Shown in pieces: positions 51,796 through 62,895 of a stretch of 64,000 bases of DNA (positions within the stretch are counted from its first letter, which is position 1; each line of letters opens with the position of its first letter). A program made the translations under genes and the position numbers. Source of the DNA: Bdellovibrionales bacterium (lineage in GTDB: Bacteria > Bdellovibrionota > Bdellovibrionia > Bdellovibrionales > Bdellovibrionaceae); the NCBI GenBank assembly GCA_031370005.1, contig JANMPT010000050.1, forward strand, positions 1-64,000. Direction: 5' to 3'. The notes under the pieces were generated by a model. It had not been told where the DNA came from. It saw only the letters and a program-made list of their open reading frames with translations, and searched no databases.

Positions 51796-53232
51796 GTGGC
51801 TCTTCGCCAGACGATGAACTTAAGTCAGTCTTTGGTGATCACACCGCAGCTGCAACAGGCAATCAAGCTTTTGCAGATGTCGCGTATGGAGCTTGAGTCT
51901 GCTGTTCGCTCTGAGCTTGAGGAAAATCCAATTCTTGAAGAGGCTGAGGTCCTTAAAGAAGCAGATTTGCAAAGAACCAAAGATGCAGCTAACGAAATAG
52001 AGGGTGGAGCCCCCGAAGTTGCTGACAACAATACCCAAGATCCACAAAAACAAGACGAATTCGAGTGGGAAAGCTACTTCGAGCAAAATCAAAAACCACC
52101 CCAATCGGGAATGGCTGGCAGCGAAGAAATCATGAATTATGAGAATACGATTTCGACGTCTCAGACTTTGCATGAGTATCTTTCTTGGCAAGTAAAAATG
52201 AATGGCTTTAGTGAGCATGAAGAAAAGGTCGCTGATCTTTTAATTAACTACATAGACGATGATGGCTACCTCAAGACACCACTTGAGCAAATTGCCACTG
52301 AAGAAAAGCTTCCCATCGAAGATTTGGAAGATACGCTAAGCCTCATTCACGAGTTTGATCCACCAGGAGTGGGGGCTCGGAACATGAAAGAATGCCTATT
52401 GATTCAGGCTAAGCATCTTGAGGAAGATACTCATGATCTTGTCAATCTGATCAATAATCATCTAAAGGATCTTGAAAAGAAAAATTACGATGCTATTGCT
52501 AAAACAATGGGCCGTGATTTGGAAGAAGTCATTGAGATGTGTAAAATCATCTATTCAATGGATCCTAAGCCTGGCAGAGCCTTTGTTAGTAATGAAACTC
52601 AGTATGTGACTCCTGATGTGTATGTTTATAAAGTTGGTGATGATTTCGTGGTTTCGTTAAATGAGGATGGTCTTCCTCGTTTGAAGATTTCAAACTTCTA
52701 TAAAAACGTCCTTAAGGGAACAAACAAAGCTGAAACTAAAACCCATGATTATATCCAAGAGAAGTTGCGCTCGGCAGTTTGGCTTATTAAATCCATCCAC
52801 CAGAGGCAAAGAACGATTTATAAAGTTGCAGAAAGTATTGTGAAGCATCAACGAGAATTCTTTGAAAAGGGAACGGCCCATCTAAAGCCAATGATTCTCA
52901 GAGACATTGCAAATGATATCGGGATGCACGAGTCAACTGTAAGTCGTGTAACTACTGCGAAGTACGTTCATACCCCTCAAGGGATTTACGAGCTGAAGTA
53001 TTTCTTTAACTCGGGGATCAGTTCTTCGGATGGGGACTCGCTAGCTAGTGAATCGGTTAAACTGAAAATCAAAGATCTTGTGAATAAAGAGGATCAAAAA
53101 AATCCATTGTCGGACCAAAAGATTGTTGAAATGCTCAAAGTTGAAGGAATACAAATTGCACGGCGTACGGTTGCAAAGTATCGTGATATGCTAAAGATCC
53201 TTCCCTCAAGTCAGCGTAAAAAGTTCTTCTAG
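51796..53232 (+). CDS. rpoN: RNA polymerase sigma-54 factor
   Basis: TPQLQQAIKLLQ, HESTVSR and RpoN box ARRTVAKYR. Confidence 0.98.
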   Translation: MALRQTMNLSQSLVITPQLQQAIKLLQMSRMELESAVRSELEENPILEEAEVLKEADLQRTKDAANEIEGGAPEVADNNTQDPQKQDEFEWESYFEQNQKPPQSGMAGSEEIMNYENTISTSQTLHEYLSWQVKMNGFSEHEEKVADLLINYIDDDGYLKTPLEQIATEEKLPIEDLEDTLSLIHEFDPPGVGARNMKECLLIQAKHLEEDTHDLVNLINNHLKDLEKKNYDAIAKTMGRDLEEVIEMCKIIYSMDPKPGRAFVSNETQYVTPDVYVYKVGDDFVVSLNEDGLPRLKISNFYKNVLKGTNKAETKTHDYIQEKLRSAVWLIKSIHQRQRTIYKVAESIVKHQREFFEKGTAHLKPMILRDIANDIGMHESTVSRVTTAKYVHTPQGIYELKYFFNSGISSSDGDSLASESVKLKIKDLVNKEDQKNPLSDQKIVEMLKVEGIQIARRTVAKYRDMLKILPSSQRKKFF

Positions 53233-53256
53233 TCGGCAGATTGGCCGAGGTGAATT

Positions 53257-54957
53257 ATGTCGAATGAATTTTTCCAACAACAGCCTCAATTAAAAAATCA
53301 ATACACAGAAGATCGACTGCTACAGGCTTATTTGCATTGGAAGATTCCGGCACAATTTATGTCGAATTTGACGGCGCACCTGAAGCATTTGGGGCAAAGA
53401 GCGGTCACTGATATGTTGGAGTGGGCTGACGAGGCCGAAAAATATCCGCCGAAGCATATTCCCTATGACGCATGGGGAAGGCGGATTGATTTTATTGAAA
53501 CCTGCAGTGGGTGGAAGAATCTCGAAAAAGTAGCTGCGGAAGAGGGGCTTATTGCAACAGGTTACGAGCGTAAATACGCTGAGTACTCTCGCATTTACCA
53601 AATGGCATTGCTCTATCTTTATCATCCATCTTCCGCGCTATATTCTTGTCCTTTAGCAATGACTGATGGTGCGACTCGAGCCATTGAGCTCTATGGCGAT
53701 GAGTATTTAAAATCAAAAGCCTATAAGCATCTCACCAGTCGTGATCCAAAGCTGTTTTGGACTTCGGGACAATGGATGACCGAGAGAACTGGCGGCTCTG
53801 ACGTTAGTGAAACCTCAACCATTGCAAGGAGGGTTGGGGATCACTACGAGCTGCACGGTACAAAGTGGTTTACTTCAGCGACGACCTCGCAGATGGCGAT
53901 GACTCTTGCACGGATTGAGGGTGCCGAGTCAGGAAGTCGAGGATTGAGCCTTTTTTATCTTGAGCTTCGTAATGATAAGAATGAACTCGATAAGATCATG
54001 GTCCATCGTTTGAAAGACAAGCTGGGAACCAGAGCATTGCCGACGGCGGAGCTGAGTCTTCAGGGAACACAGGCAAGGCTTGTTGGCGGCGAGGGTGGTG
54101 GAGTTAAAAAGATCTCAAGTCTTTTCAATATTACACGTATTTATAATTCTATTTCCTCAATTGCTCATATGCGACGAGGGCTGGCGCTTGCTAAGGATTA
54201 TTCCTTAAAGAGAGAGGCCTTTGGCAAAAAAATCATCGACCACCCGCTGCATGTGGAGACTTTGATGGATATGTATGTGGACTATGCCGCCAGTTTCCAT
54301 TTGACGATGCGGGCGGTTGAGCTCCTTGGTAAAGAGGAGTGTGACAAAGCCACAACTGAAGAGCGTGCACTTTTAAGACTTTTGACTCCGGTGATAAAGC
54401 TTTTCGCAGGCAAAAAAACCATGTCCGTGACGAGTGAGGTGATGGAGGTTTTTGGCGGAGCGGGTTATGTCGAGGACACGGGAATGCCTCGGATGCTTCG
54501 CGACGCTCAGGTTTTTTCAATCTGGGAGGGGACCACGAATGTTCTCAGCCTAGATGTCCTTCGTGCTATTGAAAAAGAAAATGCATTTAAGCCCTTCGTG
54601 CAAGAGGTTAGTGGGCGCTTGTTGGCTATAATGAAAGAGCCTATGGCTGGTCAGCAGCTCAAGGGTGAAGTGCAGGCAATTGAAATGGCTCTTAAGGATC
54701 TAGAGAGCTACTTTCACAGAATTGTTTCTGCTGGAATCAGCGGTCTTGAGGATTTACAGGCCTGCGGGCGCTATTTTGCGTTTAGTTTGGGGAATATTTT
54801 TGCGGCAACACTTATGACGGAGTTTGCCCTACACACCAAGGACCTTCGTGATATTGAAAGTGCCCGCCGTTGGTGCACCCGTAAGACACTCTTCGAGGTC
54901 CCAGAAACATCAGCCAGCCACAGATTCTCAAACTCAGAAATTATCAACGGTCTCTAA
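53257..54957 (+). CDS. Acyl-CoA dehydrogenase family protein (AidB-like)
   Basis: CPLAMTDGA, GQWMTERTGGSDV, KWFTS, RLKDKLG and IWEGTTNV motifs. Confidence 0.9.
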   Translation: MSNEFFQQQPQLKNQYTEDRLLQAYLHWKIPAQFMSNLTAHLKHLGQRAVTDMLEWADEAEKYPPKHIPYDAWGRRIDFIETCSGWKNLEKVAAEEGLIATGYERKYAEYSRIYQMALLYLYHPSSALYSCPLAMTDGATRAIELYGDEYLKSKAYKHLTSRDPKLFWTSGQWMTERTGGSDVSETSTIARRVGDHYELHGTKWFTSATTSQMAMTLARIEGAESGSRGLSLFYLELRNDKNELDKIMVHRLKDKLGTRALPTAELSLQGTQARLVGGEGGGVKKISSLFNITRIYNSISSIAHMRRGLALAKDYSLKREAFGKKIIDHPLHVETLMDMYVDYAASFHLTMRAVELLGKEECDKATTEERALLRLLTPVIKLFAGKKTMSVTSEVMEVFGGAGYVEDTGMPRMLRDAQVFSIWEGTTNVLSLDVLRAIEKENAFKPFVQEVSGRLLAIMKEPMAGQQLKGEVQAIEMALKDLESYFHRIVSAGISGLEDLQACGRYFAFSLGNIFAATLMTEFALHTKDLRDIESARRWCTRKTLFEVPETSASHRFSNSEIINGL

Positions 54958-55123
54958 AAGGTACCTGGTCGCTTTTCGCAGGTCGAAGGCTTTTTGTGTC
55001 AACATTTAACCTATTTATGGGCTGGACTCGTTCCATAATGAGAAGGTCTGGCAATCGGGTCTCACCTCAAAACAGGGGGCGCAGCATCATGTGAAAGTTC
55101 AAAGAAATTTCATCAATGCGCTC

Positions 55124-55150
55124 TAATTTTTAATCGGACCTCGCCGATAA
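55124..55150 (+). promoter_or_regulatory. Putative sigma28 promoter of hpf
   Basis: TAAT-N15-GCCGATAA, with an exact FliA -10 element. Confidence 0.6.
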
Positions 55151-55202
55151 GATACTAAGACTAAGGTCCCGCAAGGGGCCCCCACAGTAAAGAGGAGACG
55201 AC

Positions 55203-55577
55203 ATGAAACTTAATTATACCTTTAAGCACCTCGATCATTCAGACTCGCTGATTAATTACACAGAAGAGAAAATGGAGGAGATCGGGAAGTTTTTGCTTAA
55301 AGAGGGTTACGGCAACGTCTATTATAGCAAAACAAAAAATGAATTCTGCGTGGAGGCTACGGTAAATACGCGAGAGAAATATTTTAAAGCAACGTCTTAC
55401 AATTTGGACGCCTATACGGCGGTGGATATGGTTGTGGAAAAACTCGAAAAACAGTTCATTAAGACTCGGAAAATTAAGCAAGATCATAAGAAGCCGGACC
55501 TCAGCCGAGAGGGGAAAATTGAGCAATTAAACTCTCATTTGGAGTTTGAGTCTAAGGGCGGCAAAAAAGCTTCATAA
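55203..55577 (+). CDS. hpf: Ribosome hibernation factor HPF/RaiA
   Basis: YTFKHLDHSDSL..Y..EK and DAYTAVD.VVEKLEKQ patterns; downstream of rpoN. Confidence 0.85.
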   Translation: MKLNYTFKHLDHSDSLINYTEEKMEEIGKFLLKEGYGNVYYSKTKNEFCVEATVNTREKYFKATSYNLDAYTAVDMVVEKLEKQFIKTRKIKQDHKKPDLSREGKIEQLNSHLEFESKGGKKAS

Positions 55578-55601
55578 AGTCTGAACTACAAGTAATTCCT
55601 T

Positions 55602-55633
55602 AGGCCCCCTGTTGAAAAAACTGGGGGCTTTTT
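55602..55633 (+). terminator. Rho-independent terminator
   Basis: GCCCCC...GGGGGC stem followed by a T run, after hpf. Confidence 0.75.
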
Positions 55634-55704
55634 ATTGACCACCACCTTGGTTTGCGTTAATTTGCCCGTTACATAAAGCTGAATATTAGAGCGAGGATAC
55701 GAAA

Positions 55705-56868
55705 TTGAAAAACTATCTTTTTACAAGTGAATCTGTTTCTGAAGGACACCCAGATAAAATGGCAGATCAAATCAGCGATGGCATCTTAGATGCGATTCTT
55801 GAGCAAGATCCAAAGGGGCGAGTTGCTTGTGAGACTTTGTTGACGACAGGCCTTGTGGTTATTGCCGGAGAGATCTCGACCTCGGCAAATGTAAACTTCA
55901 CAAATATAGCTCGTAATGTTGTCAAGCGCATTGGTTATGACAATACGGATAAGGGCTTTGACTACAAAACATGTGGTGTGATGGTGGCAGTTGGTCAGCA
56001 GAGCCCAGATATTGCCATTGGAGTAAAAGAAACTTTGAGCGACAATCAGGGGGCTGGTGATCAGGGCCTAATGTTCGGCTATGCTGTAAATGAAACTCCC
56101 GAGTTGATGCCGCTTTCTATCGCGATGTCACATAGCTTGGTTCGTGAGCTGGCCAACTTGAGAAGGGCCAATAAAGTCAACTGGCTCCGACCTGACGCTA
56201 AATCACAAGTGACAGTACAATACGAAAACGGTCTTGCTAAACGCATCGACACGATCGTGCTTTCGACACAACATTCTGAGGATGTAAATAACGACACGAT
56301 CAAAGAGTTTATAGTGAGTGAGCTGATTAAAAAACACATCCCCGCAAAGTGGCTAGATAACAAAACAAAATTCCATGTGAATCCCACGGGGCGTTTTGTT
56401 ATGGGTGGTCCAATGGGTGATGCTGGCTTGACGGGGCGAAAAATCATCGTAGACACCTATGGCGGTCATGGAGGCCACGGTGGTGGTGCATTTTCTGGAA
56501 AAGATCCCTCAAAAGTGGATCGCTCCGCCGCCTACGCAGCTCGTCATGTTGCAAAAAATATTGTTGGAGCCGGACTTGCCGACCGTTGTCTGGTTCAAAT
56601 TGCTTATGCAATTGGTGTTGCTGAGCCTGTGAGTATCACAGTTAATGATTATGGAACCAGTAAAGTAGGCAGTGAGGTTCTAGAAAATGCAGTCCGTAAA
56701 CTTTGGGACCTGCGCCCAGCCAGAATTATTAAAGAGCTCGATCTTCTTCGTCCAATTTACAGCGCGACTTCTGCGTATGGGCATTTTGGTCGCAACGAAG
56801 AGAGTTTTACTTGGGAGAAGCTGAACAAAGTTGACCAATTGAGAGATGTCGTTAAAAGCTTAAGCTAA
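55705..56868 (+). CDS. metK: S-adenosylmethionine synthetase
   Basis: [17 protein letters not shown] and [16 protein letters not shown] motifs. Confidence 0.98.
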   Translation: MKNYLFTSESVSEGHPDKMADQISDGILDAILEQDPKGRVACETLLTTGLVVIAGEISTSANVNFTNIARNVVKRIGYDNTDKGFDYKTCGVMVAVGQQSPDIAIGVKETLSDNQGAGDQGLMFGYAVNETPELMPLSIAMSHSLVRELANLRRANKVNWLRPDAKSQVTVQYENGLAKRIDTIVLSTQHSEDVNNDTIKEFIVSELIKKHIPAKWLDNKTKFHVNPTGRFVMGGPMGDAGLTGRKIIVDTYGGHGGHGGGAFSGKDPSKVDRSAAYAARHVAKNIVGAGLADRCLVQIAYAIGVAEPVSITVNDYGTSKVGSEVLENAVRKLWDLRPARIIKELDLLRPIYSATSAYGHFGRNEESFTWEKLNKVDQLRDVVKSLS

Positions 56869-56898
56869 ATGAGAGCCCAAAGGGCGGAATTGGGCGAC

Positions 56899-58698
56899 AT
56901 GGATCCTAAATTTATAAGAAACTTTTCTATCATCGCCCATATTGACCATGGAAAGTCGACTCTTGCGGATGGCCTTCTTCAGGCGACAGGTGCGCTCACT
57001 GAGCGCGAGAAAAAGGCGCAGTTTTTAGACAATATGGAGCTTGAGCGAGAGCGCGGAATTACGATCAAGGCGCAAACGGTCTGTCTGGAGTTTAAATCTA
57101 AAGACGGCAATCTCTATCAAATCAACTTGATTGACACCCCAGGGCATGTGGACTTCGCTTACGAAGTTTCTCGTTCTTTGGCTGCCTGTGAAGGGGCGAT
57201 CTTGGTGGTGGATGCAGCTCAAGGTGTGGAGGCTCAGACTCTTGCGAACGTTTATCTTGCGATGGAAAACGATCTAACAATCATTCCGGTATTGAATAAA
57301 ATTGATTTGCCATCTGCAGACCCGGAAGGCGTACGCAAACAAATTGAGGAGACCCTTGGTCTTGACTGCGCGAATATCATTCACGCCTCTGCCAAGGAGA
57401 AAATCGGCATCACTGAAATCCTTGAGTCCATTGTGGAGAAAGTTCCGCCGCCAAATGCGGATCGGAGCTTAACTCCAAGAGCATTGATTTTTGATTCTTG
57501 GTTTGATGCTTATCAAGGAGTCGTGATCTTGGTTCGTGTAGTCGATGGCTCCATTAAAAAAGGCGATCGAATTAAATTCATGGCCACAGATTGTGACTAT
57601 GAAGTTCTGCGTATGGGCAAGTTCATGCCACTTCCGCAGGCTTATGAGACGCTTGACGCTGGAGAAGTGGGATTTATTATCTGCGGTATAAAAAATATTC
57701 GCGATGTAAGAGTTGGCGATACCGTGACTGCCTCAAAACATCCATCGACGAATCCACTCCCAGGCTTTCAAAAAATTAAGCCAATGGTATTTGCCGGGAT
57801 ATTTCCGATTGTGGCTTCTGAATATGAAAATCTCCGGGATGCACTTGATAAATTATGTTTGAATGATTCCTCTTTGACTTTTGAGGTTGAGAAATCCATG
57901 GCCTTGGGTTTCGGTTATCGTTGCGGGTTTTTAGGTTTACTTCATATGGAAATTGTTCAAGAGCGTCTTGAACGTGAGTTCAACTTAGATTTAATTACAA
58001 CGGCTCCGACAGTTGTTTACCGAATAACAAAGACTGACGGGTCGATCATGATGTTGGAGAACCCCTCAGGTATGCCGGCTGAAACGATGATTGCGAAGCT
58101 TGAAGAGCCGTTCGTAAAAGTGACTGTCCATACCCCGACTGACTACATAGGCAGTATTTTGAAATTATGTGAGGACAAACGGGGAGTTCAGCAAAAAATG
58201 GACTATGTGACTGAAAAAAAGGTCATTATTGAGTACAAGCTTCCTATGAATGAAATGGTGATGGATTTTTATGATCGGTTGAAGTCGATTTCTAAGGGTT
58301 ATGCTTCTTTGGAGTATGAATTTGTGGATTTCGAAGAAGCGGATCTAGTTAAAATGGATATTTTGATCAATGGTGAGCCTATTGATGCCTTATCGTTGAT
58401 TGTGCACAGGTCAAAATGTATTAATCGCGGACGTGCGTTAACTGAGAAAATGAAAGAGCTCATTCCGCGCCAACAGTACCAAGTAGCTATTCAGGCAACG
58501 ATCGGAGCCAAGATTGTGGCACGCGAGACCCTGGGAGCCCTTAGAAAAGACGTGACGGCGAAGTGTTATGGTGGTGATATTTCTCGTAAGCGGAAGCTTT
58601 TAGAGAAACAGAAGGAAGGCAAGAAGCGCATGAAGCAGATCGGCACCGTCGATGTGCCCCAGGAAGCATTCCTTGCGATCCTTAAGGTGGAAGATTAA
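56899..58698 (+). CDS. lepA: Elongation factor 4
   Basis: [25 protein letters not shown] and KCYGGD motifs. Confidence 0.98.
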   Translation: MDPKFIRNFSIIAHIDHGKSTLADGLLQATGALTEREKKAQFLDNMELERERGITIKAQTVCLEFKSKDGNLYQINLIDTPGHVDFAYEVSRSLAACEGAILVVDAAQGVEAQTLANVYLAMENDLTIIPVLNKIDLPSADPEGVRKQIEETLGLDCANIIHASAKEKIGITEILESIVEKVPPPNADRSLTPRALIFDSWFDAYQGVVILVRVVDGSIKKGDRIKFMATDCDYEVLRMGKFMPLPQAYETLDAGEVGFIICGIKNIRDVRVGDTVTASKHPSTNPLPGFQKIKPMVFAGIFPIVASEYENLRDALDKLCLNDSSLTFEVEKSMALGFGYRCGFLGLLHMEIVQERLEREFNLDLITTAPTVVYRITKTDGSIMMLENPSGMPAETMIAKLEEPFVKVTVHTPTDYIGSILKLCEDKRGVQQKMDYVTEKKVIIEYKLPMNEMVMDFYDRLKSISKGYASLEYEFVDFEEADLVKMDILINGEPIDALSLIVHRSKCINRGRALTEKMKELIPRQQYQVAIQATIGAKIVARETLGALRKDVTAKCYGGDISRKRKLLEKQKEGKKRMKQIGTVDVPQEAFLAILKVED

Positions 58699-58700
58699 AT

Positions 58701-59468
58701 ATGAGTACAGACAATAAAAATAGTTGGGATTTTCGTACTAAGCACTTTTGGACCGATGGCTGGGGGTCACTCTTCCTGGCAGTTTTTATCGCTTTGTTTA
58801 TCCGCTGGGGATTTATTGAAGCTTATGTGATTCCCTCCGGAAGTATGCTGCCTTCTTTACTGATTCATGATCACATCTTCGTTAATAAACTGGTTTATGG
58901 TATTCGTGTTCCGTTTAGCGAAAACTGGCTAGTTAAATTCGGAACTCCAAAGCGTGGCGAAGTAATTGTTTTCAAATATCCAAAAGACATGAGTACCTTT
59001 TTTATAAAACGTGTAGTCGGTGAGCCTGGTGACAAGATTTATTATGAAAATGGCACTTTGTTCATCAACGACAAGCCTCAAGAGAAGAAGGTTCCTGCCA
59101 GCCAAGACGATTTTAACTGGCTTCGCGATGCAGATTTCCAACGGGACGGAAACCTTGGTGATGATAAAAATAATTATGTTTTCTTTACCGAAGCCTTGGG
59201 ATCGAAAGATCACAGCATTCTTCTTCGCCGCGGCGATATTTATGAAAGTTATGGGCCTGTGACAGTTCCAGATGGCCAGCTTTTCGTAATGGGTGATAAC
59301 CGTAATAACTCTGCAGACAGTCGTGTTTGGGGATTTTTGCCTGAGCAAAATATCTTAGGACGAGCAATGTTTGTTTGGCTTAGTTGCGAAGAGACGATCC
59401 CTGGTATTCCTGTGCTTTGCAATCCACTGACGATTCGTTGGGGTCGCTTTTTCCATCAGGTGAATTAA
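58701..59468 (+). CDS. lepB: Signal peptidase I (copy 1)
   Basis: IPSGSM, IKRVVG and GDNRNNSADSR motifs. Confidence 0.95.
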   Translation: MSTDNKNSWDFRTKHFWTDGWGSLFLAVFIALFIRWGFIEAYVIPSGSMLPSLLIHDHIFVNKLVYGIRVPFSENWLVKFGTPKRGEVIVFKYPKDMSTFFIKRVVGEPGDKIYYENGTLFINDKPQEKKVPASQDDFNWLRDADFQRDGNLGDDKNNYVFFTEALGSKDHSILLRRGDIYESYGPVTVPDGQLFVMGDNRNNSADSRVWGFLPEQNILGRAMFVWLSCEETIPGIPVLCNPLTIRWGRFFHQVN

Positions 59469-60166
59469 TGGACGCACAAAAAAGTCTTAAAGGCACTTGG
59501 CATCAGGCCATTGGGACTTTTCTTTTGCCTTTGTTTATTGTTTTTGTAGTCCGTTGGATTGTCGTTGAGCCCTTCGTGATTCCCTCTGGTAGTATGATTC
59601 CAAGTCTTTTGATACATGATCATATCCTGGTTAAAAAATATTCCCTTGGACTTAAAGTTCCATTTTCTGATTATTGGCTGACTCGTTGGAGAACTCCAAA
59701 GCGTGGAGAGGTTCTGGTTTTTCGCTATCCAGAGAACCCCGAGGTGTTTTATATCAAGCGCCTTATTGGCCTTCCCGGCGACACTGTGCTCGTGAGAGGC
59801 AGTGGGCAAATTACCGTGAATGGAAAAGAATGGGTCCTCAAAGCTCATGAGCCTTTGGAGGATGATAATTTCAAATATTATACCGAGAACACGGGAGAGC
59901 AAAAACACATTGTCCGCTTCTATGATACTCCACTTAAGAGTAATGAAAGCCAGGAGTACAAAGTCCCCTTACACGAATATTTTTTTATGGGCGATAACCG
60001 CGATCAGTCCAGTGATGGCCGTGTCTGGGGCTTTGTTCCTGAGAAATACCTTGTGGGTCCAGCATCGGTGATTTGGCTTAGCTGCGAGAATACCCTGACC
60101 TCAGTGTCGTATATTTGTGACCCCAGACAAATTCGCTGGAAAAGATTATTTAATTCAGTACAATAG
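59468..60166 (+). CDS. lepB: Signal peptidase I (copy 2)
   Basis: IPSGSM, IKRLIG and GDNRDQSSDGR motifs; TAATG coupling to copy 1. Confidence 0.92.
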   Translation: MDAQKSLKGTWHQAIGTFLLPLFIVFVVRWIVVEPFVIPSGSMIPSLLIHDHILVKKYSLGLKVPFSDYWLTRWRTPKRGEVLVFRYPENPEVFYIKRLIGLPGDTVLVRGSGQITVNGKEWVLKAHEPLEDDNFKYYTENTGEQKHIVRFYDTPLKSNESQEYKVPLHEYFFMGDNRDQSSDGRVWGFVPEKYLVGPASVIWLSCENTLTSVSYICDPRQIRWKRLFNSVQ

Positions 60167-60170
60167 TTTC

Positions 60171-60857
60171 ATGCTGAGCAGTCAATGGAAGGACTATCTC
60201 GTTACTATTCTTATGTCTATCTTGCTGGCCTTGTTTGTAAGAAGCTTCATTATGGCGGCTTATAAAGTGCCGACAGGATCAATGCAGCCGGCACTTAAGG
60301 CTGGCGATTTCATTTTTTCATACCGAATGGCCTATGGTTTAAAAATTCCGTGGAGTCATATAGCTTGGGGAGAAAAGGCTCCTGAGCGTGGCGACGTGGT
60401 CGTGTTTTCCTATTCTAATCAGCCAGACACAAGTTATGTGAAGAGGGTCGTAGGATTGCCTGGTGATAAAATCCAAATCACTGGCGGAAAGCTTCTAATT
60501 AATGAGATTCCACTTGATTACGAACTCGAAAATCCCATACATCCTGAGGATAATCCGAACCCTGAGTCTTTTGATATTTACATTGAAAAAGGTCTCAGTA
60601 ATCAACGCCGCGTAATTTTTAAAAAAAATCACGATGATCAGAATTTTGGTCCTTTGGTGGTTCCTCCTGGCGAAATTTTTCTTATAGGTGACAATCGAGA
60701 CACGAGTGATGACTCAAGATACTGGGGCACCGTGCCAATTGGGCAGATTCATGGCAAAGTTCTCTTTGTTTGGTTGTCCCTGGATTGGCAAAAGCGCTGG
60801 GGCGGTGACCGTTATCCTGGCCTTCGTTGGGAACGGGTTTTTTCCGGAGTGCATTAG
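60171..60857 (+). CDS. lepB: Signal peptidase I (copy 3)
   Basis: VPTGSM, VKRVVG and GDNRDTSDDSR motifs. Confidence 0.92.
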   Translation: MLSSQWKDYLVTILMSILLALFVRSFIMAAYKVPTGSMQPALKAGDFIFSYRMAYGLKIPWSHIAWGEKAPERGDVVVFSYSNQPDTSYVKRVVGLPGDKIQITGGKLLINEIPLDYELENPIHPEDNPNPESFDIYIEKGLSNQRRVIFKKNHDDQNFGPLVVPPGEIFLIGDNRDTSDDSRYWGTVPIGQIHGKVLFVWLSLDWQKRWGGDRYPGLRWERVFSGVH

Positions 60858-60907
60858 TTTTGTCCTCATTGACACCCTGAGGTGCCGCCAAATATCCTCT
60901 CAGATAG

Positions 60908-61831
60908 ATGCCTCATCCATTCTCGACCTTGATTGAAATTAAAAATTTAGATTTTACAAGAATAGAGTCGCTTTTTCTCTCGGCCCAGGAGTTTTCAAAA
61001 AAATCAGAAGTACAAAGTGTCGAAAGCTCTGTTGCGAAAGCTGTGGCCTTGTTATTTTTTGAACCCAGCACTCGCACGCGCTTTAGTTTTGAAATTGCCG
61101 CTGCTCGTTTAGGACTACGTACTTTACTTTTGGACGGGGTTGGAGGCACTAGTCTTGAAAAAGGCGAAAGCATTGAAGGCACGGTTTTAAATATTGCAGC
61201 AATGGAGCCCGCCATGGTGGTCATCCGCTGCGGAGACGAGGTTGATCTTTACTCTCTTCAGAAAAAGATAAAGATGCCAATTTTAAATGCGGGCTGGGGC
61301 AAGCGGAGTCATCCTTCGCAAGCCCTCTCAGATGCTCTGACTTTAAGAGCCAATGGCCGCGACTTGGAAAAAGAAAAACTATTGATTATTGGCGATGTGA
61401 AGCACAGCCGTGTGTGGAGCTCGCATTTTCAGTTGTCCAAGATTTTGGGTTATGAGATTGCAGTTTGCGCCCCAAAGGAACTTCTTCCAGAAGGGGATTT
61501 GCCGCTTCATTTTTCTAATCTCAAAGAGGGCCTTTCCTGGGCAACCTCTGTGATGTCATTGAGAGTACAGCACGAGCGTCACAGTGTAGAGCATAACAAA
61601 AAATATTCCGTGGACTATTACCGGAATGAATTCGGTCTGAGTTTGCAAAAACTCAAAAGTTGGAAGTCGGATGGTTTAGTGATGCATCCAGGTCCGGTGA
61701 ACTACGGTGTCGAGCTTGAGTTAGACGTGAATCAGGATCCACGCTGTAAAATTTTAGAGCAAGTGAGGTGGGGAACTTACCTACGCCAGGCCTTGCTCGC
61801 AGGCGTTCTTTCGGTAAAGGCGGTTTCATGA
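60908..61831 (+). CDS. pyrB: Aspartate carbamoyltransferase catalytic subunit
   Basis: FFEPSTRTR, HPSQAL, GDVKHSRV and MHPGP motifs. Confidence 0.95.
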   Translation: MPHPFSTLIEIKNLDFTRIESLFLSAQEFSKKSEVQSVESSVAKAVALLFFEPSTRTRFSFEIAAARLGLRTLLLDGVGGTSLEKGESIEGTVLNIAAMEPAMVVIRCGDEVDLYSLQKKIKMPILNAGWGKRSHPSQALSDALTLRANGRDLEKEKLLIIGDVKHSRVWSSHFQLSKILGYEIAVCAPKELLPEGDLPLHFSNLKEGLSWATSVMSLRVQHERHSVEHNKKYSVDYYRNEFGLSLQKLKSWKSDGLVMHPGPVNYGVELELDVNQDPRCKILEQVRWGTYLRQALLAGVLSVKAVS

Positions 61832-62895
61832 ATAGAGCATTTCTTGTCTTAGAAACTGGAGAGCTGTACTGTGGAAAATGGCATGGCGGCGAAGATCGCG
61901 CTGGCGAAGTCGTATTTAACACCTCTCACTCGGGATATGAAGAAATTGCCACTGATCCTTCCTACTTCAATCAGATTGTAGTGATGACAGCGCCTATGCA
62001 GGGGAACTACGGCATCGACAAGAGGGCTTGGGAATCCAATCGTTTGTGGATTGAGGGCTTTATCTCCCTGCAGGTTCAAGAGTCTTCCCGCGATCACTCT
62101 TGGGTTCAGTGTTTATATGAAAATAAAATCCCAGTAGTCTCTGAACTAGATACTCGTGAGCTCGTTTTACGCTTGCGTTCAGGGGGGACTTCTTGGGGAG
62201 CTTTGGTTAAGTCTGATAATGAAACAGAAGCCAAAAAAAAGGCCTCTAGCTTGATTGCAGAAAAGAAAAAACTTGATAAGGATTGGGCTTATCAGGCCTC
62301 ATGTAAAACCAAGCAGGTTCGTCGCGGTGATTTTTTAGGTGGCCCAAAAGTGGCAGTGCTTGATTTTGGTTCAAAAGAAAATATTTTACGCCAACTGCAA
62401 AGCTACTGTTCAGAACTTGTGATTTATCCAAGCCGCGTCACAACTCAGGAGGTGCTTGCAGCAGACCCTGACTTTGTGATGCTCACAAATGGCCCCGGGG
62501 ATCCTGCGGATGTGGAGGTCGCACCGCAGACGATTCGTGAGCTCCTTGGTAAAAAACCAATATTTGGCATTTGCATGGGTCATCAGGTTTTGTCTCTGGC
62601 TTTGGGAGCTAAGACGTATAAACTCAAATTCGGACATCGCGGGGTCAATCATCCGATTAGGGACAATCTTTTGGGGCAAATCTATATGACAAGTCAAAAT
62701 CATGGCTATGCTGTGGACGCAAAGACATTGCCCGTAGAGGCGCGGGTGACTCAGATAAATTTGAATGATGGAACAGTGGCCGGCTTTTTCAATTCAGAAA
62801 AGAAATATTTAGGAATCCAGTACCATCCCGAATCTTGCCCAGGCCCTCATGAGGCACAAAATCTATTTAAGTTTTTTATAGAGAAAGTTATATGA
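61828..62895 (+). CDS. carA: Carbamoyl-phosphate synthase small subunit
   Basis: GEVVFNT, TDPSY, NGPGDP, GICMGHQ and QYHPE motifs. Confidence 0.97.
   Translation: MNRAFLVLETGELYCGKWHGGEDRAGEVVFNTSHSGYEEIATDPSYFNQIVVMTAPMQGNYGIDKRAWESNRLWIEGFISLQVQESSRDHSWVQCLYENKIPVVSELDTRELVLRLRSGGTSWGALVKSDNETEAKKKASSLIAEKKKLDKDWAYQASCKTKQVRRGDFLGGPKVAVLDFGSKENILRQLQSYCSELVIYPSRVTTQEVLAADPDFVMLTNGPGDPADVEVAPQTIRELLGKKPIFGICMGHQVLSLALGAKTYKLKFGHRGVNHPIRDNLLGQIYMTSQNHGYAVDAKTLPVEARVTQINLNDGTVAGFFNSEKKYLGIQYHPESCPGPHEAQNLFKFFIEKVI

Noticed and set aside
55578..55704. SAM riboswitch upstream of metK
   Set aside because: The gap is short and explained by the hpf terminator and a TTGACC promoter-like element; no aptamer motifs
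59384..60170. Frameshift or pseudogene among the overlapping lepB ORFs
   Set aside because: The overlaps vanish with starts at 59468 and 60171, and each copy has a full set of catalytic motifs
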